Positions 1-13,679 are shown, numbered from the stretch's first letter. The stretch: 64,000 nt of DNA from Sphyrna mokarran (GCA_024679065.1 JAGIQG010000005.1:37076001-37140000), one strand, 5' to 3'. Made by a program: numbers and translations. The notes: generated by a model from the sequence alone, not told the origin.

Positions 1-1356
1 GACTGTATCCCAAAGGATTCACGAGGTTGCTCCCTAGCACTTAGTTATCAGCATTATTCAGCTCGCTAGCTGCTCTGAGCAGAATCCCACTGCTCATGGA
101 GCTTTCTTTTGCCCCAGCTGCCAGCTTCATAGAGCCGAAAAAGGCAGCTATTTACATTAGTTTTATTGGTCTGATAACTGCCCTGGGCTTCTCTTAGCCC
201 TAGTCTCTCCAGCGGCATTAAATCAGAAAAGTTCTGCCGCCTCTCCAAACCTGAGACTCATCCCAGACCCATCTGAGCGACCACTGCTCACTACACACTG
301 GTGTTCACTCAGCAGCAGAGCTAACAGCAGCTTTTCAGCTGTGTGGAGAACAATTGCAAAAGTTTTTGTTAAAGCCATTATATTATTAAGCAACTAACAT
401 AGCAGCTGATGAAGTTTTTGACGCAGAACTTAAATCAGATTGCGTATGAACCTAAACCTGTTGGCAATCTACCCTTTATGGAGACTGTCACGAACAGGCA
501 GGAGGTGGTTTGATGGTCCCCTATTATTTCCCACATCTCAATTGACTGCAATGAGATGTGTTTCTTAAAGGAGCATTTTAAACCCATGAGTGCTGTACTT
601 TCAAGAACAGGCGCAATATAGGTTTACTCAAGTTTTAAAAGAAAAAATATTCATTTCTCAAAATCCAAAATGTATTTGCAACAGCAGCCACTTACAAATA
701 TACACACCTACAAGAGAAGGTGATTACAAAAAAGGTAGCACGCAAAGTCCAGAAAAATCACTGCAACATTTGTGTCTTTTGAGGTGGAAGCTAGAATTAT
801 TGTCAGCCTGATCTCTCTCTTTTGTTTCATTGAGGAAATAGATTTGGAAGCTTCTGGTGAATTTTCTGTGGCCTATTCCTTGCAACAACAGATTTATGGC
901 TTTGATCCATCTGAGGTGTATTTCAACCCCTGTACTGAAGATCTGGCTTTGTTCTTCGAATCAGTAGATAATTTGCCTCTGCCCTGCCTGGTGGTGAACT
1001 CTAGGTATGGTCCTTCCTTTGTTGATTGATTCCTTTCCTCTTTGGTCGCCTTGTCTTCAATACTGACTGACAATTGGCTATTCTCCAAAGTATGTGTTAA
1101 TAAATGTTCCTTATCACAAGCTGGTGACCATAGTGTCAGTGTCCCCATTGGTGCTTGGCAATCTAAGCGTTGACACACAAAGAGGTTTGAATCTCAGCCA
1201 CTTGCATCTCCTTGCAATATAATGTAATTCCCGTTTTGTGGAATTTCATTCTGCAGCACAGCAATGATGAGTAACTTATCTCTTGGCTCCTCTTCACCTT
1301 GACTGATATTGGTAGGAGGAGGCAGAGCTCATTATTGACCAAAGGAAAATGCAATC

Positions 1357-1715
1357 AGGGGAGGTGATGGCCCAGTGATTTTATCGCTAGTCTATTAATC
1401 CAGAAACCTAGCTAATGTTCTGGGGCTGTGGGTTCAAATCCCGCCATGGCAGATGGTGGAATTTGAATTAATTAAATAGTATCTGGAATTAAGAATTTAC
1501 TGATGACCTCGAAACATTGTCAATTGTTGAAAAAACCCATCTGATCACTAATGTCCTTTAGGGAAGGAAATCCGTCATCCTTACCTGGTCTGGCCCACAT
1601 GTAACTCCAAAGCCACAGCAATGCGGTTGACTCTCAGCTGCCCTCCAAGGGCAACTAGGGATGGACAATAAATGCTGGTCAACCAGCGATGCCCATGTCC
1701 ATAAAAGAAATTTTT
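1357..1715 (+). mobile_element. tRNA-derived SINE (second family, SacSINE1-like) with a LINE-shared tail
   Basis: A-box-like tggcccagtg, B-box gggttcaaatccc; tail agggcaactagggatggacaataaatgctgg shared with the old LINE. Further copies at 8925-9295 (-) and 56280-56600 (+). Confidence 0.75.
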
Positions 1716-2181
1716 AAAATACCAATGTCATCATAGGATATCAATGTGTAGTTTACACAGACAAATGTACTGGTGAAGAGTTCCAGTTGGTAGTGGTAAG
1801 TCTAATGAAGATTGAGGACAGAGTAGGAATAAGGCAATAATTCATTTTCCTGTATGGGGACAACTGCTGCCCTGGTTCTGCTAGGTGGAAAGCCTTAAAA
1901 GCTGATGTTTTGTGTGGTGGTTATTTAAATGTTTCCTCCAAACAATCTCAGCATCTCAAGCTTCCTATTTATTTCCTAATGATTATGTTTCATTTGTACT
2001 TCATTGCATCTGCTTTATTTTGGGATTTAATACGTGTGAGTATTATCAACAAGAGTAAAGGTTTTCACAGGAACTATTCAGTTGGACCCTATTTTCAAAA
2101 AGATATGTCATACAGATTAATTCAGTTTGAAGATGCAGGAACATTTTCTACTACCTTAAAGGAATTGTTTTGGTATAATAT

Positions 2182-2473
2182 TATAGAATAGAATTCCTAC
2201 GGCGAAGAAGGAGACCATTTGGCCCATCAAGTCTGCACTGACCTATTCCCATAACCCAACATACATTGCTAATCTCCTAGTGCTAGGGGCAATTTAACAT
2301 GGCCAATCATCTAACTCCCGCATCTTTGGACTGTGGGAGAAAAACGGAGCACCCAGAGGAAACTCACGTAGACATGGGGAGAATGTGCAAACTCCACACA
2401 TACAGTGACTCAAGGCTGGAATTGAACATGGATCCCTAGGCGCTGTGAGGCAGCAGTGCTAACCACTGTGCCA
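2182..2473 (-). mobile_element. HE1-like V-SINE with a CR1-type tail
   Basis: Head tggcacagtggttagcactgctgcctcacagcgcc, core gtggagtttgcacattctcccc, tail gggccaaatggtctccttc...aggaattctattctat. Confidence 0.85.
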
Positions 2474-3632
2474 TTTGCCAGTATTTAATGAACATCCTTC
2501 TCCTAAAGAAGTTGAGCATCCATCACCTGCTATACACAATTTGACAATGTGGTGTGACAGTTCCCGTGATGGGCTGGATGGGAAAATTCTGCCCACTAAC
2601 TCAAAGAGATAACATAGAGGGAGAAAGTGAGACAGAGAGTAGTGTTGGAGACAGAAAAAGGGAAAACAACAGTTGCTTTGTATAGCAGAAGATTACTTTC
2701 TGTTAGCCAATGAACAAGATATTGGCGGGAGCTCATTCTCTGATCAAAGAGATGGAACTTGTGGAGGTTTAAGGACACTGGAAGATTTAGCCTGGTGTGT
2801 GGCTCGGATAAGGAGTCACCAGATTGAGCTTTGCTGCTGGAAGTCAATTCAGGGATTCTCAGAAGACTGAGGGAAATGTTTTTCACTAGACAGTAAATTC
2901 AGGAGAAGGAAGCCTGTTGGAAGCTGGGAGTAAAATTGGATTGGTTCCTGCAAAGTCATGTTACGTATAAATATAGAATGGGTTTACTGTCATGTCAGAA
3001 AGTAAAGGAGGAATATTTTTGTGAGTTGAGTGTATTAGTTGCCTATTAAATAATGTTTAGTTGGTAGTTTTAGTCTGTTTGTTGCAACGAAAGTTTTAAA
3101 AATGAAATTTTGTGTAATCTTTTGAGTCAGTGACTGGGACTCCAAATTGCTTTTATGGGATAATACAGACTGTAGGACAATGTTAAAAACCTTGTGCAAC
3201 TGCAATTCTTTCCATCCATACTCTTACTGGGTGCCATTTTCATAGCAGAGGTTTCTCCACTGAGCTATTCAGACACCAACTCTGGCTGCTCAGCTGTTTC
3301 TGACTAACATCGTCTAGTTTTTAAGACTACGAAGGGCCCTCCGAAGGCTACCTGGAGAAATATACCCAACACATATTATTTCACAAGATGCGAGCATCGC
3401 TGGCTAGGCCAGCATTTATTACCCAGCCCTTGAGAAGTTTTCTTGAACTATACCCTTGTGGTATAGTTAGTTAACATCAACGTGGGTATATTTTTTCCAA
3501 GCAGATCTTTAAACGAGATGCACACATCAGTTCTATTGTTAAATAAGAAAGCAGTGATCTGTGCAAAATGCAGAAGTTGAAATACCATTCCCTTTCAAGC
3601 GATGATCTTGTAATGTTTTTCACATCTCCACG

Positions 3633-3833
3633 TGGCAGCATGGTGGTTAGCACTGCTGCCTCACAGTGCCAGAGACCCAGGTCCAATTCTGGCCTCAGGT
3701 CACTGTCTGTATGGAGTTTGCACATTTCTCCCCGTGTCTGCATGGATTTCCCTCTGAATGTTTCAGTTTCCTTCCACAATCCAAAGATGTGCAGGTTAGG
3801 TGCATTGGCCATACTAAACTCTCCCTCAGTGTA
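3633..3833 (+). mobile_element. HE1-like V-SINE, 3' truncated
   Basis: ggcagcatggtggttagcactgctgcctcacag head plus core. Confidence 0.85.
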
Positions 3834-3837
3834 CTGC

Positions 3838-5215
3838 TTTTGAGAAGGTGGTAGTGAGTCACCTTCTTGAACCACTGCAATCCATCTAGTCCAGATACTT
3901 CCTGAATGCTGTTAGGAAGTGTTCAGGCATTTGACTCAACAACAGTGAAGAAATGGCAATAAATTTCTAATCAGCATGCTGTGCACCTTGGAAGGGAACT
4001 TGCAGGTGATGGTGTTCCCCATACATCTTCTGCCCTTGTCTTCTAGGTTGTAGAAGTCATGGGTTTCAAAGGAGCTTTAGTGAGTTTGCTGCAATGCATC
4101 TTGTATGTAGTAGAAAATGCTCCATTATGTGTAAGTGGTGAGGAGAATACATGTTTAAGTTGTTGGATGGAGTGTTGATCAAGCAAGCAGCTTTGCCCTG
4201 GATGGTGTTGAGCATTTTGAGTGTTATTGGAGTTTGCTCATCCAGGCAAGTGGAAAGCATTCCAGCACACTCCTGACTTATGCTTTGTAGATGGTGGGCA
4301 GGTTTTGGGGAGTCAGGAAATGAGTTAATCACTTCAGGATTCCCAGTCTCTGACTTCCTCTTGTAGTCAAGTATTTATTTTTTGCTCCAATTCAGTTTCT
4401 GGTCTATGGTAATCCCAAGATGATAATGGAGGTTTTAGAGATAGTAATTTCATTGAATGTCAAGGGGAGATTGTTAGATTCTGTCTTGTTAGAGATGGTC
4501 ATTGCCTGGCACTTTTGTGGCACAAACATAACTTGCCACTTATCAGTCCAAGTCAGAATGTTATCTGGATCTTGTTGCTTATAGGTAAACACTGCTTCAG
4601 TATCCGAGGAGTTATGAATGGTGCTGAAAGTTATGTTACCATCGGCAAACGTCTCCATTTTTGACATTATGATGAAGAGAAGGTCATTGTTGAAGCAGCT
4701 GCAGATGATTTGGCCTAGCATACTACCCTGAAGAACATCTGCAGTGATGTTCCGGAAATGACTTGATTGACCTCCAACAACCACAACCGTCTTCCATGCT
4801 GTCAGATGTAACTCCAATTGCTGAAGAGTATTGAACCTGATTCCCATTAACTTCAGTTTTGCCAGGACTCCTTGATGCCACAGTCAGCCAAATGTTGCCT
4901 TCATATCGAGAGCAGTCTCTTGAATTCAGCTCTTTTGTCCAGATATGGACCAAGGTCATAATGAGGTCAGGAGCTGATTGGCTCTAGTGGAACTTAACCT
5001 GACCATCAGCGAGCAGGTTATTACAATATAAGTCACACATGACAGCACTGTCAATGGCCCTTTCCATCAATTTGCTGATTATTGAGAAGAGGCTGGTAGG
5101 AGAAGATAATTGGCTGAATATAATTTATCCTGTCTTTTGTGGATATGACCTATCTAGATAATCTTCCACATTATCAGATAAATGCCAGTGTTGTAGCTGT
5201 ACTGGAACACCTTGG
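3838..5215 (-). mobile_element. Old CR1/L2-superfamily LINE fragment (RT region and 3' end)
   Basis: Minus ORF VVVGGQSS...QGSMLG...FADG...WTDKWQVMFVPQKCQAMTIS. Its 3' part recurs at 8570-9500, 17770-18175, 23410-23830 and 25265-25812. Confidence 0.8.
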
Positions 5216-5559
5216 AATTTCAATTGGAATGATTGATTGTAAAACTTGTCACCATTTGACCTTTGGCCAAGATAAAAGTTGATTTTTAGAGGATAATCCT
5301 TTGTTGTTAAAAATAATAGAATGTATAAAGAACCTCTATGGAATCTGAAGATAGTTGGAATAATTAATGGCTAATTTATATGTTTCCTTGATTTGTTTGT
5401 ATATAACAGAGATCAGAGACATAATTCAACACAATCTGAGCTGTATCCTGTTATCAGATTCAGGTGAAGTGTATAATCAAATATTATCTGTATTCCACAT
5501 TCGGTAGCCTCTTTAGCCCAAGTAACACATTCTATTATCTTGGCAATTTTGCACCTCAT

Positions 5560-5852
5560 TGGTTAGATATCATTATTAACACTGCTGCCTCAGTGCCAGG
5601 TATCCAGTTTCAATTCCAGTCTCGGATCACATCAAACCCATGTCTCCATGGGTTTCCTCCAGGTGCTCTGGTTTCCACACACAGTTCAAAGCTGTGTAGG
5701 TTAGGTGAATTGGCCATGCTAAATTGCCTCTTATTATCAGGATGACAAGCAAGGTAAATACATGGGCTTACAGGGATAGGCCCTGAATGGGATTGTTATC
5801 AGTATTGGCTCGATGGATTGAATGGCTCCCTTCTGCACTGTGTATATTCTGT
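5560..5852 (+). mobile_element. HE1-like V-SINE with a CR1-type tail, decayed
   Basis: cactgctgcctcag...gggtttcctccaggtgctctggtttc...aatggctcccttctgcactgtg. Confidence 0.75.
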
Positions 5853-5861
5853 AAACTGGGA

Positions 5862-7040
5862 CTTGGATCCTTTCTGGATCTGTGACTGGATCCTACACTT
5901 CCTAACCGACTGACCAAAATCAGTAAGGATAGGTAATAACACCTCATTCACAATCATCCTCAACACCAGTTGCCCACAAGACTCTGTCCTCAGCCACTTA
6001 CAGTATTTCTTATACACGTATGACTGTGTCACCAAATTCCATTCCAACTCGATTTTCCAGTTTGCTAATGACACCACTGTAGTGGGTTGGATCTCAAACG
6101 ATGATGGGACAGAGAACAGGAAAAAGAGAGAACGTAATGAACTGGTGCAACAACTATAATCTCTCCCTCAATGTCAAAAAAATGAAGGAGCTAGTCACCG
6201 ACTTCGGAAAGCATACAGGAGGATATGCCAATGTCTACATCAATGAGGATGAAGTGAAAATGGCCAAGAGCTTCAAGTTTATAGATGTCTAGATCACCAA
6301 AACATGACCTTTTCCCTCAATGCTGACACAATAGTTAAGAAAGCCTACCAATGTCTTTACTTTCTTAGAAGGCTAAGGAAATTTGGCATGTCCACTACAA
6401 CACTCACCAACTTTTGCACCATAGAAAGCATTCTTTCTGATTGTATCACAGCTTGGTATATCTTCTGTTCTGCCCAAGACCACAAGAAACTACAAAGGGT
6501 CATGAAGTCATAATGTGGAAATGCCAGCATTGGACGGTGTATGCACAATAAGAAGTCTCACAACACAAGGTTAAAGTCCAACAGGTTTATTTGGTGGCAG
6601 AAGCTTTCGGAGCACTGCCCCTTCATTAGGAGAGTGGGTTATGAACAAAGAGTCATAAATGAAGCCCAGTCCTTTATGCAAAAAAGACACATTGACTCTA
6701 TCTGCACTTCCTGCTTCCTCAGTAAAGCAGCCAGCATAATCAATGATCCCATGCACTCCAGACTTAGTGCCTTCCACTTTCTTCCATCGGGAAAAAGATA
6801 CAAAAGTCTATGGTCACGTACCACCAACTCAAGAACAGCTTCTTCTCTGCTGCTATCAGCCTTTTGAATGGACCTACCTCATGTTGAGTTGATTTTTCTC
6901 TACACCCTAACTATGACTGCAAAACTACATTCTGCACTCTTTCCTTTCCTTCTCTATGTATGGTATGCTTTGTCTGTATCATGCATAAGAAACAATATTT
7001 CTCAGTATACCAATACATGTGAAAATAATAAATCAAACAA
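5862..7040 (+). mobile_element. Rex1/Babar-clade LINE 3' fragment with a nested Penelope-like end
   Basis: FANDTTVVG, WCNNYNLSLNVKKMKELVTDF, KKAYQCLYFLRRLRKFGMS, IESILSDCITAWY and LPSGKRYKSL motifs; tail acatgtgaaaataataaatcaaac. Confidence 0.85.
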
Positions 7041-8569
7041 AATGATACATAAATATAGTTTTGAAATTTCTGTGTTGTATGCTTGGAGTAAGAGTGAGCA
7101 AAATCATGACAATATTAAACACAATGGCTTCACCTCAAAGACCATTTCAAAGCAATTTCCTTCATTTATTATGGAAAAAAGGTTCATTATAACATTTTTG
7201 CAAGATCTACCACAAATCCAACATTATTCAGTACACACCTATAAAGTATGAAGTGTAGGAACATAAAGGAATTATTGGATGAAAAAGACAAAAGTCTATT
7301 TTGTTTACCTTCTGCCATCCTGGCAATTGCATGATACCACGATAAAGGAATTGTTAATTAATTACAATATCACTGTTGTATAGGATAGTAAGTGGGATTG
7401 TCCAGATTAGTTGTTTACGATCTCTAATGTGTGATTTTGTTTCTTTCAAACAATGAAGCTGCACCATAAATCAAAGACAGGCTACAAAATGTGCTGTGAT
7501 TAAAATGTACTAACTCAGATCCTGTCTGCTGCCATACAAGGTCATACTGCCAAGAAGGAACACGGTCCATCTAGCCAGATATATCAACTCACAAATCAGA
7601 TTTTTCTGGAATTCAAGCTTCACAGAAGGGAACTTGACACTTCGCAAACACTGCATTGAAAGTCAGAATATTAGGATGTTAATTCAAATTCACCAGAGAG
7701 ATTTGCAGTACATGGGAAAATAATATGTGAGACCTGCTGACGTCTGTTGTCTTTTCGCCCACATTTATTTCAACAGCTTTAAGAGTTATTTTTCTCTTGA
7801 GTTATGATAGATGTTGCCACCCACCTTACTTCTTCCTGCTTGTGCTTCATACAAAACATCTTTGTTATTTCTTATAATCAGATTCAGAGGCCCCTTTACA
7901 GCTGCGTCTTCAAGAACATTCTAACAGCGTGGATCCTGCACTTCCCAGGCTTCCAGGAACTAAAAATAACCACACCAAAATCTCTGTGAACTGTCCGAGG
8001 AGCAGGAACATTTGATCCTAACAAAACAATGGAGCACAGTATTTCCTCCATCAAAGCCTGTGATTTCAAGATGCGACTTTTTGCAATAATCTTGAAGGGA
8101 ATCAGTATTTCTTTCAGAGAGGAGTCATAAGTATTCCAAAAACAAGTGTCTCTTGGACCCAAATGCCTTTTAACTCCCAAAAACAATAGTCCTTTCACAC
8201 ATCTGCAGTTCCTTGCCAAGATTTCAATACCGGTGCTGTTACTTCTTTTTTCTTTTGATTTGCTCCTTCACATCTGTAGCATAGGGTTAACTGCTCAGGG
8301 CCCCATGATCGTACTTGCACAAATTGCAATCCAATTTATTCTTTCCAATCATTGCTTTCTCCTGTTTCTGGTGTTACTGGTTGGCAATGAGAACAGCTTA
8401 AATATTATCTTTTCTGTTTCATCCTATTTATCCATTTGATACATTATACTTTCCTGTCACTTACAGCATTCCAGTTCGCTGCTATTAGATTCGCTTGATG
8501 GGGCAACTATTTTTGTGAGGAGCACCACTTTGATGTCGTGCATCTTGCAGATATTTGCCTTGCACAGCA

Positions 8570-9500
8570 TCTTGTTTAATAATCACCATTCAGAAGAAAC
8601 AAGTAGAAGGTGTGATGCAATATTTGCCTGGATGAGTGCAGCTCCAAGAAGACTCAAGGGGCTCTACACATTCCGACATAACAGCCCATTTGATTTGCAC
8701 TCCATTCACCGCTGCAAACATTCACTCTCTCCACTACTAGCACACAGCAGCAGCCTTCATGGGTACCATCTACAAAATACACTTCAGCAATTTGCCGAAG
8801 CTCCTTTAAAGCACCTTCCAAATCTGTGACCTCCACCACCTCGAAGGAAAATGACAACACGGAAACACCAGCAGCTGCTTGTTCTCCTCCAAGCCCCATG
8901 CCATCCTGACTTGGGGATATATATTTTATTATTCATTCATGAGACATAGGCGTTCAGTGGTTGGCCAACATTTATTGCCCTTCATGAGTTGCTCATGAAC
9001 TGAGTGGCTTTCTAGGCCATTTCAGAGGGAAGTTGAGAGTGCTGTGGATCTGGAATCGCATATAGGCCAGAGCAGGTAAGGACAACAGATTTTCTTCCCT
9101 AAAGGACTTTAGTGAACGAGATGGATTTTTTCAACATTTAACAACGGTTTCATGATCATCAGTAGATTCTCAATTCCAGATATTTTTTATTGAATTCAAA
9201 TTCCACGTTCTGCCCTGGCCCGAGTCCCCAGGACAGTCGCTGAGTTTCTGAATTAATAGTCATGCAATAATACTACCAAGCCATTGGCCCCCCCTAATAT
9301 TGCCCTCTCTTCACTGTCACAGCACCAGAATCCTGGAACTCCCTTCCTGACAACATTTTCGTGCACCCACACCACATGGATTGCAGCAATTTAAGAAAAT
9401 GGCTCATCATCACTTTCTCAAAAGCAATTAGGGATAGAACCTCTAGGGATAGATGGTTCACCTTGTCAAAGACAGTTGCGCAAAACAATGAATAATAAAA
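8570..9500 (+). mobile_element. Old LINE 3' fragment (family of 3838-5215) split by a SINE at 8925-9295
   Basis: WMSAAPRRLKGLYT...HSLSPL...HLPNL; tail caattagggatag...aatgaataataaaaaa. Confidence 0.7.
8925..9295 (-). mobile_element. SINE, same family as 1357-1715
   Basis: Reverse-complement similarity along its length. Confidence 0.75.
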
Positions 9501-9721
9501 AAAAACTTGATGTATACTGTTTAAAAAGTCAATAAACTATAATTACAAACAAAGTAAGTTTTGTGAACAGACAGCTTTTTGTTAAATTTTTGTTAAAGGA
9601 TTTGTTAAATTACATCGCTACATTGAGTTCTGTGATTCAACTTCATTCATCCAATCAGTGTATTCAACATGAGCTGTGAAAGTTAAACAACACATTTATG
9701 GTTGGCTGGAAGAGTTCTTTT

Positions 9722-10005
9722 AACTTTATTTATTATTGTCACAAGTAGGCTTATATTAACATTGCAATGAAGTTACTCTGAAAAATACCTAGTCGCCACA
9801 TTCCGGTACCAGTTAGGGTTCGCTGAAGGAGAATTTAGCATTGCCAATTCACTTAACCAGCACACCTTTCAGACTGTGGAAAGAAATTGGAGCATCTGGA
9901 GGAAACCCACGCAGACACAGGGAGAAAGTGCAGACTGTGCATAGACAGTGACGCAAGCTGGGAATCGAACCCACGTCCCTGGTGCTGTAAGGTGGCAGTG
10001 CTAAG
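9722..10005 (-). mobile_element. HE1-like V-SINE with the alternative (Rex-like) tail
   Basis: Same head and core; tail gaatgtggcgactagg...aagcctacttgtgacaataataaataaag. Confidence 0.85.
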
Positions 10006-11441
10006 CAAATATTAGTATATGCCTTTAGAATATGACAGAGTAAAAATGCAGAAAGGTTGAATCTTTCTCAAAGAAGCACTTTTACTAATTTTCTGTGCAG
10101 ACTAAACAAAGAGCTTTGTAGGAGTGCCATTCTATGGAAAGCTCTGTGCACTGAAAATTGTGTGACCCGATAGCACTTTAAAAGCCGCCTCCAGCACAGC
10201 TGCAGAATTGCATTTGATTCACTGTGGAATAATTCATGTAAATGATACAGAATTTTCACTCTGACCCCTTTTGAATAGAAACCTATCTCTTGAGACATGT
10301 TTTTGAATAATAGAGGACAAAGATTAGTAAATTTATGATATTTCATGGTTTCTCCACAAGATACTGGAGCAGTCATGCGAAATAGATTCTGGCAAAAACT
10401 AGTTGATAGATTTTACAATAAAAAAGGCACAAAAGCTGTTGAAAAATGGATTGAAGTTCATAATCTGTGTTATGAACAGATTCATAATACAGAATTCGAT
10501 ATCCAATTCACATAAATATCAGGGAGGTAAATGTGATGGTGAGGAAGATGGATACATACAAGATATCCATGTACAAACAAGTCCTGCTAACTTAAATTTG
10601 TTAGTGCCTAAATATTTCAGAGTACCCAGAAACAACTTAAGTAAAAATATTACCTTTTTGTTTTCAGAAAGATTTCAATAAACCATCTCAGCCAGTGTAT
10701 ATATAAAATCTAGGTTTTTTTAAAGACATCTCAAAACCTATGTCAATTTGACTTAGACAAGTAATGTGAATCTCTGAATAAAGGTAAATGTCTTGTTGAA
10801 GGTAACTCTGCATTTGAAGTGGTTGCAAATATTGCCTGGATCATGGAGGTTTTGAAACAGCCTAACCAAAAGCCAAGACCTGACTCAAGGGTATGCTTGT
10901 TAGTTGAGACTTATAAGAAGCACAACACTGTATGTGAGAAGTAACACATGAGGGTTCACACATAGAGCCCTTGAGATTTTTGGTGTATATGCTGTAGCTT
11001 AACATGCTGACGCATAAAATGATAAAATCAAATACAACACTAAATGGATAATACAACAGAAAGTATCATCAAACCACTTTTTGGTGCTTGAGTTTTGACA
11101 TTAAGTATAAAATTTTGCTGTTCAGATTGCATTCTCTAGTGGGTCAGTTTATTGACTTATCATACATTGTTTATGGCTGTAGCACTGAGGTACTTTTTGT
11201 TAAAATCAGTGAAAATAATGGCATCTCAGTTGATGCATTAAGGTTCACAATGTAAATGTTTCACTTGTGCTCAATTTAGCCTCAGTCTAAGAGTGTATTT
11301 TAGTCATCTTGGACGGCCTCCGTTGGCTTCAGATCAGACAGCACAGTTAGGCTATTTGCAATTCAGACTGAAGTTAACTGTAGGTCTGTTGACATTATAG
11401 AATCTCACTTAGCATTTATGCTCAAGATTCCTACTTATTGA

Positions 11442-11728
11442 TGGCATAGTGGTTATCACTCTGGCCTCGCAGTGCCAGAGACCTGTGTTTGATTCCTTGC
11501 TAAAGTACAGAGTCTGTACGTTCTCTTTGAGACTGTGTGGGTTTCCTCCAGATGCTCCAGTTTCTTCTCACAGTCCAAAAGACATGCTGGTTAAGTGTAT
11601 TGGCCATGCTAAATTCTCTTTCAGTGTACCTGAACAGGCACCAGAGTGTGGCGACTAGAAGATTTTCACAATAACTTCGTTGCAGTGTTAATGTAATCCT
11701 ACATGTGACACTAATAAATAAGCTTAAC
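11442..11728 (+). mobile_element. HE1-like V-SINE with the Rex-like tail
   Basis: Head, core and gagtgtggcgactag...acatgtgacactaataaataag tail. Confidence 0.85.
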
Positions 11729-12361
11729 AAAAAAAAACTCTGTTTTTGTCTCAGATTTGAGCATCTGCACTATTTTATTTTTAAACCAAAGGCTGCCTTG
11801 TCTGTCATTAAAATCAGACATTGATGAAATGGAGCAGGAAATGCAGTCTCTCTATTTAAATCACTTGCCCCACTCTATTCCCACTGAGCAGGGACAAAAT
11901 TCTTCTTTGAGCGCCAATTCTCCAAGCACAAATCTAAGCAGTAATTGTTCACAAGTGATTTCATCTTGAAGGATATCGTGGCTAAACTGGTTCCAACCTT
12001 ACCTAGTGTTTTGCAACAAACAATATTGGATTGCAATTAGAAAATGCTTATTTACCTTGGAGGAATCTACTTTAAGTGATTTCTGAAATCAGCCATTATG
12101 CACAGCAAAATGAGAAAATTTGTTCTGTTCTTGGCAGCTATCCATCTCAGAAGACAATGGATTGCATCTTGGCAATCAATCCTGTATTAAATATCTCTTC
12201 TTATGGCTGAAGAGTTCTAATCTACAATAGGAATCTCAGCAAAACTTGCCAGTAATGAAGACAGTGGGATGAGGGAGTACAGTATTTGCTAGGCTCTGTT
12301 TGTCTCTGGACGTTTCTCTCAGCTAGCTTCTCCTCAACTCTTCCAGAGCCCCTCTAGAGTT

Positions 12362-12625
12362 TTAAGTTAAGCTTATTTATCAGTGTCACAAGTAGGTTTC
12401 CATTAACAGTGAAGTTACTGTGAAAATCTCCTCATCATCACACTCCAGCGCCTGTTCAGGTATACTAAGGGAGAATGTAGCATGGCCGATTTACATAACC
12501 AGCATATGTTTCAGACTGTGGGAGGAAACCAAAATACCCTGAGAACACCTCAAGACATGAGGAGAATGTGCAGATTGCTCACAAACAGTGACCCAAGCCA
12601 GGAATCAAATGCTGGTTCTCGGAGG
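12362..12625 (-). mobile_element. HE1-like V-SINE with the Rex-like tail
   Basis: Reverse complement of the 11442 type. Confidence 0.75.
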
Positions 12626-12704
12626 TCATGGCCATCAGCATTAAACAAGAAACTTTTGGAGCTTGTAACCAAGTTGCAAGAATATGTACTGTGTACCAGG
12701 TACA

Positions 12705-13345
12705 CGGTACATATTCTTGCAACTCGGCCAATATTGTCTATCTAATATGCTGCAGGAAAGGATGTCCCAAGGCATGCATGGTACAATAGGGAGACCATGC
12801 AGACACTACGACAACGAATAAATGAACACCGCTCAACAAGCACCAGGCAAGACTGTTCTCTTCCTGTCGAGAAACACTTCAGCAGTCACAGGCATTCGGC
12901 CTCTGATCTTCAGGCAAGTGTTCTCCAAGACGGCCTTGACAACATACGACAGAATTGCTGAGCAGAGACTGATAGCACACATTCCACCATATGAGGATGG
13001 CCTCAACCGGGATCTTGGGTTCATATCATACTATCAGTAACCCCCACAACTTGCCTGGACTTGCAAAATCTCACTAACTTTCCTGTCTGGAAACAATACA
13101 CATCTTTTTAATCTTGCTTAATGCACTGTCCATTCACATTGTCCGTAGCTTTAAGACTTGATTAGCTATAAAGGCACATTCCAATCTTTATTCATGTAAA
13201 TTGAGTTTGTGTTCTTATATGTCCTGTTTGTGATCAGAACTCCCAACCACCTGATGAAAGAAAAGCTGTTCCGAAAGCTAGTGGTGTTGGTTACAAATAA
13301 ACCTGTTGGACTTTTTCCCTGGTGTTATGAGACTTCTTACTATCT
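12705..13345 (+). mobile_element. Penelope-like element 3' part (GIY-YIG endonuclease and pseudo-LTR)
   Basis: YSCNSANIVYLICCRKGCP...GETMQTLRQRINEHRS...DGLNRDLGFISYY; terminal cctgatga...ccgaaagctagtgg...aataaacctgttggacttt...gagacttcttact. Confidence 0.85.
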
Positions 13346-13679
13346 GTATACACAGGGCTCTGTTCTTAACAGAAAGAACATGTGTACACATTGTACCTGT
13401 TTCAGCTAAACAAAATGAGTGATAGCCATTCATGTTCAGAGTAATGCCTTCGTCAATCAGAGTCAAGCTGTCTGATTAATATTCAAACAATGCTTGTCAG
13501 TTACCATGACAACATCTCCGTCAATCAGAGTCCACTTGCCAACCATTTAACAGTCTTTTATCATGCAGTATAAAGTTGTTGTTTCCCCTGACATTGGTAT
13601 TCTTGTGATTGTCTTGATGCATGTAAGATGGAAAGCTTTGTCAAAATGTCTTTTATCAGCAATAAACTTGTAAGTACTG

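Noticed and set aside
485-3180. Possible solo-LTR remnants at ~487-1170 and ~2554-3180 (also ~25900-26540)
   Set aside because: LTR-like composition and TG starts, but I could not define both ends or target duplications.
3633-3700. tRNA-like heads as tRNA genes
   Set aside because: They continue into SINE core and tail sequences and lack an intact cloverleaf.
7430-11400. Non-repetitive stretches and short ORFs as exons of an upstream gene
   Set aside because: No recognisable protein motifs or consistent splice structure on either strand. Conserved non-coding function cannot be judged without alignments.
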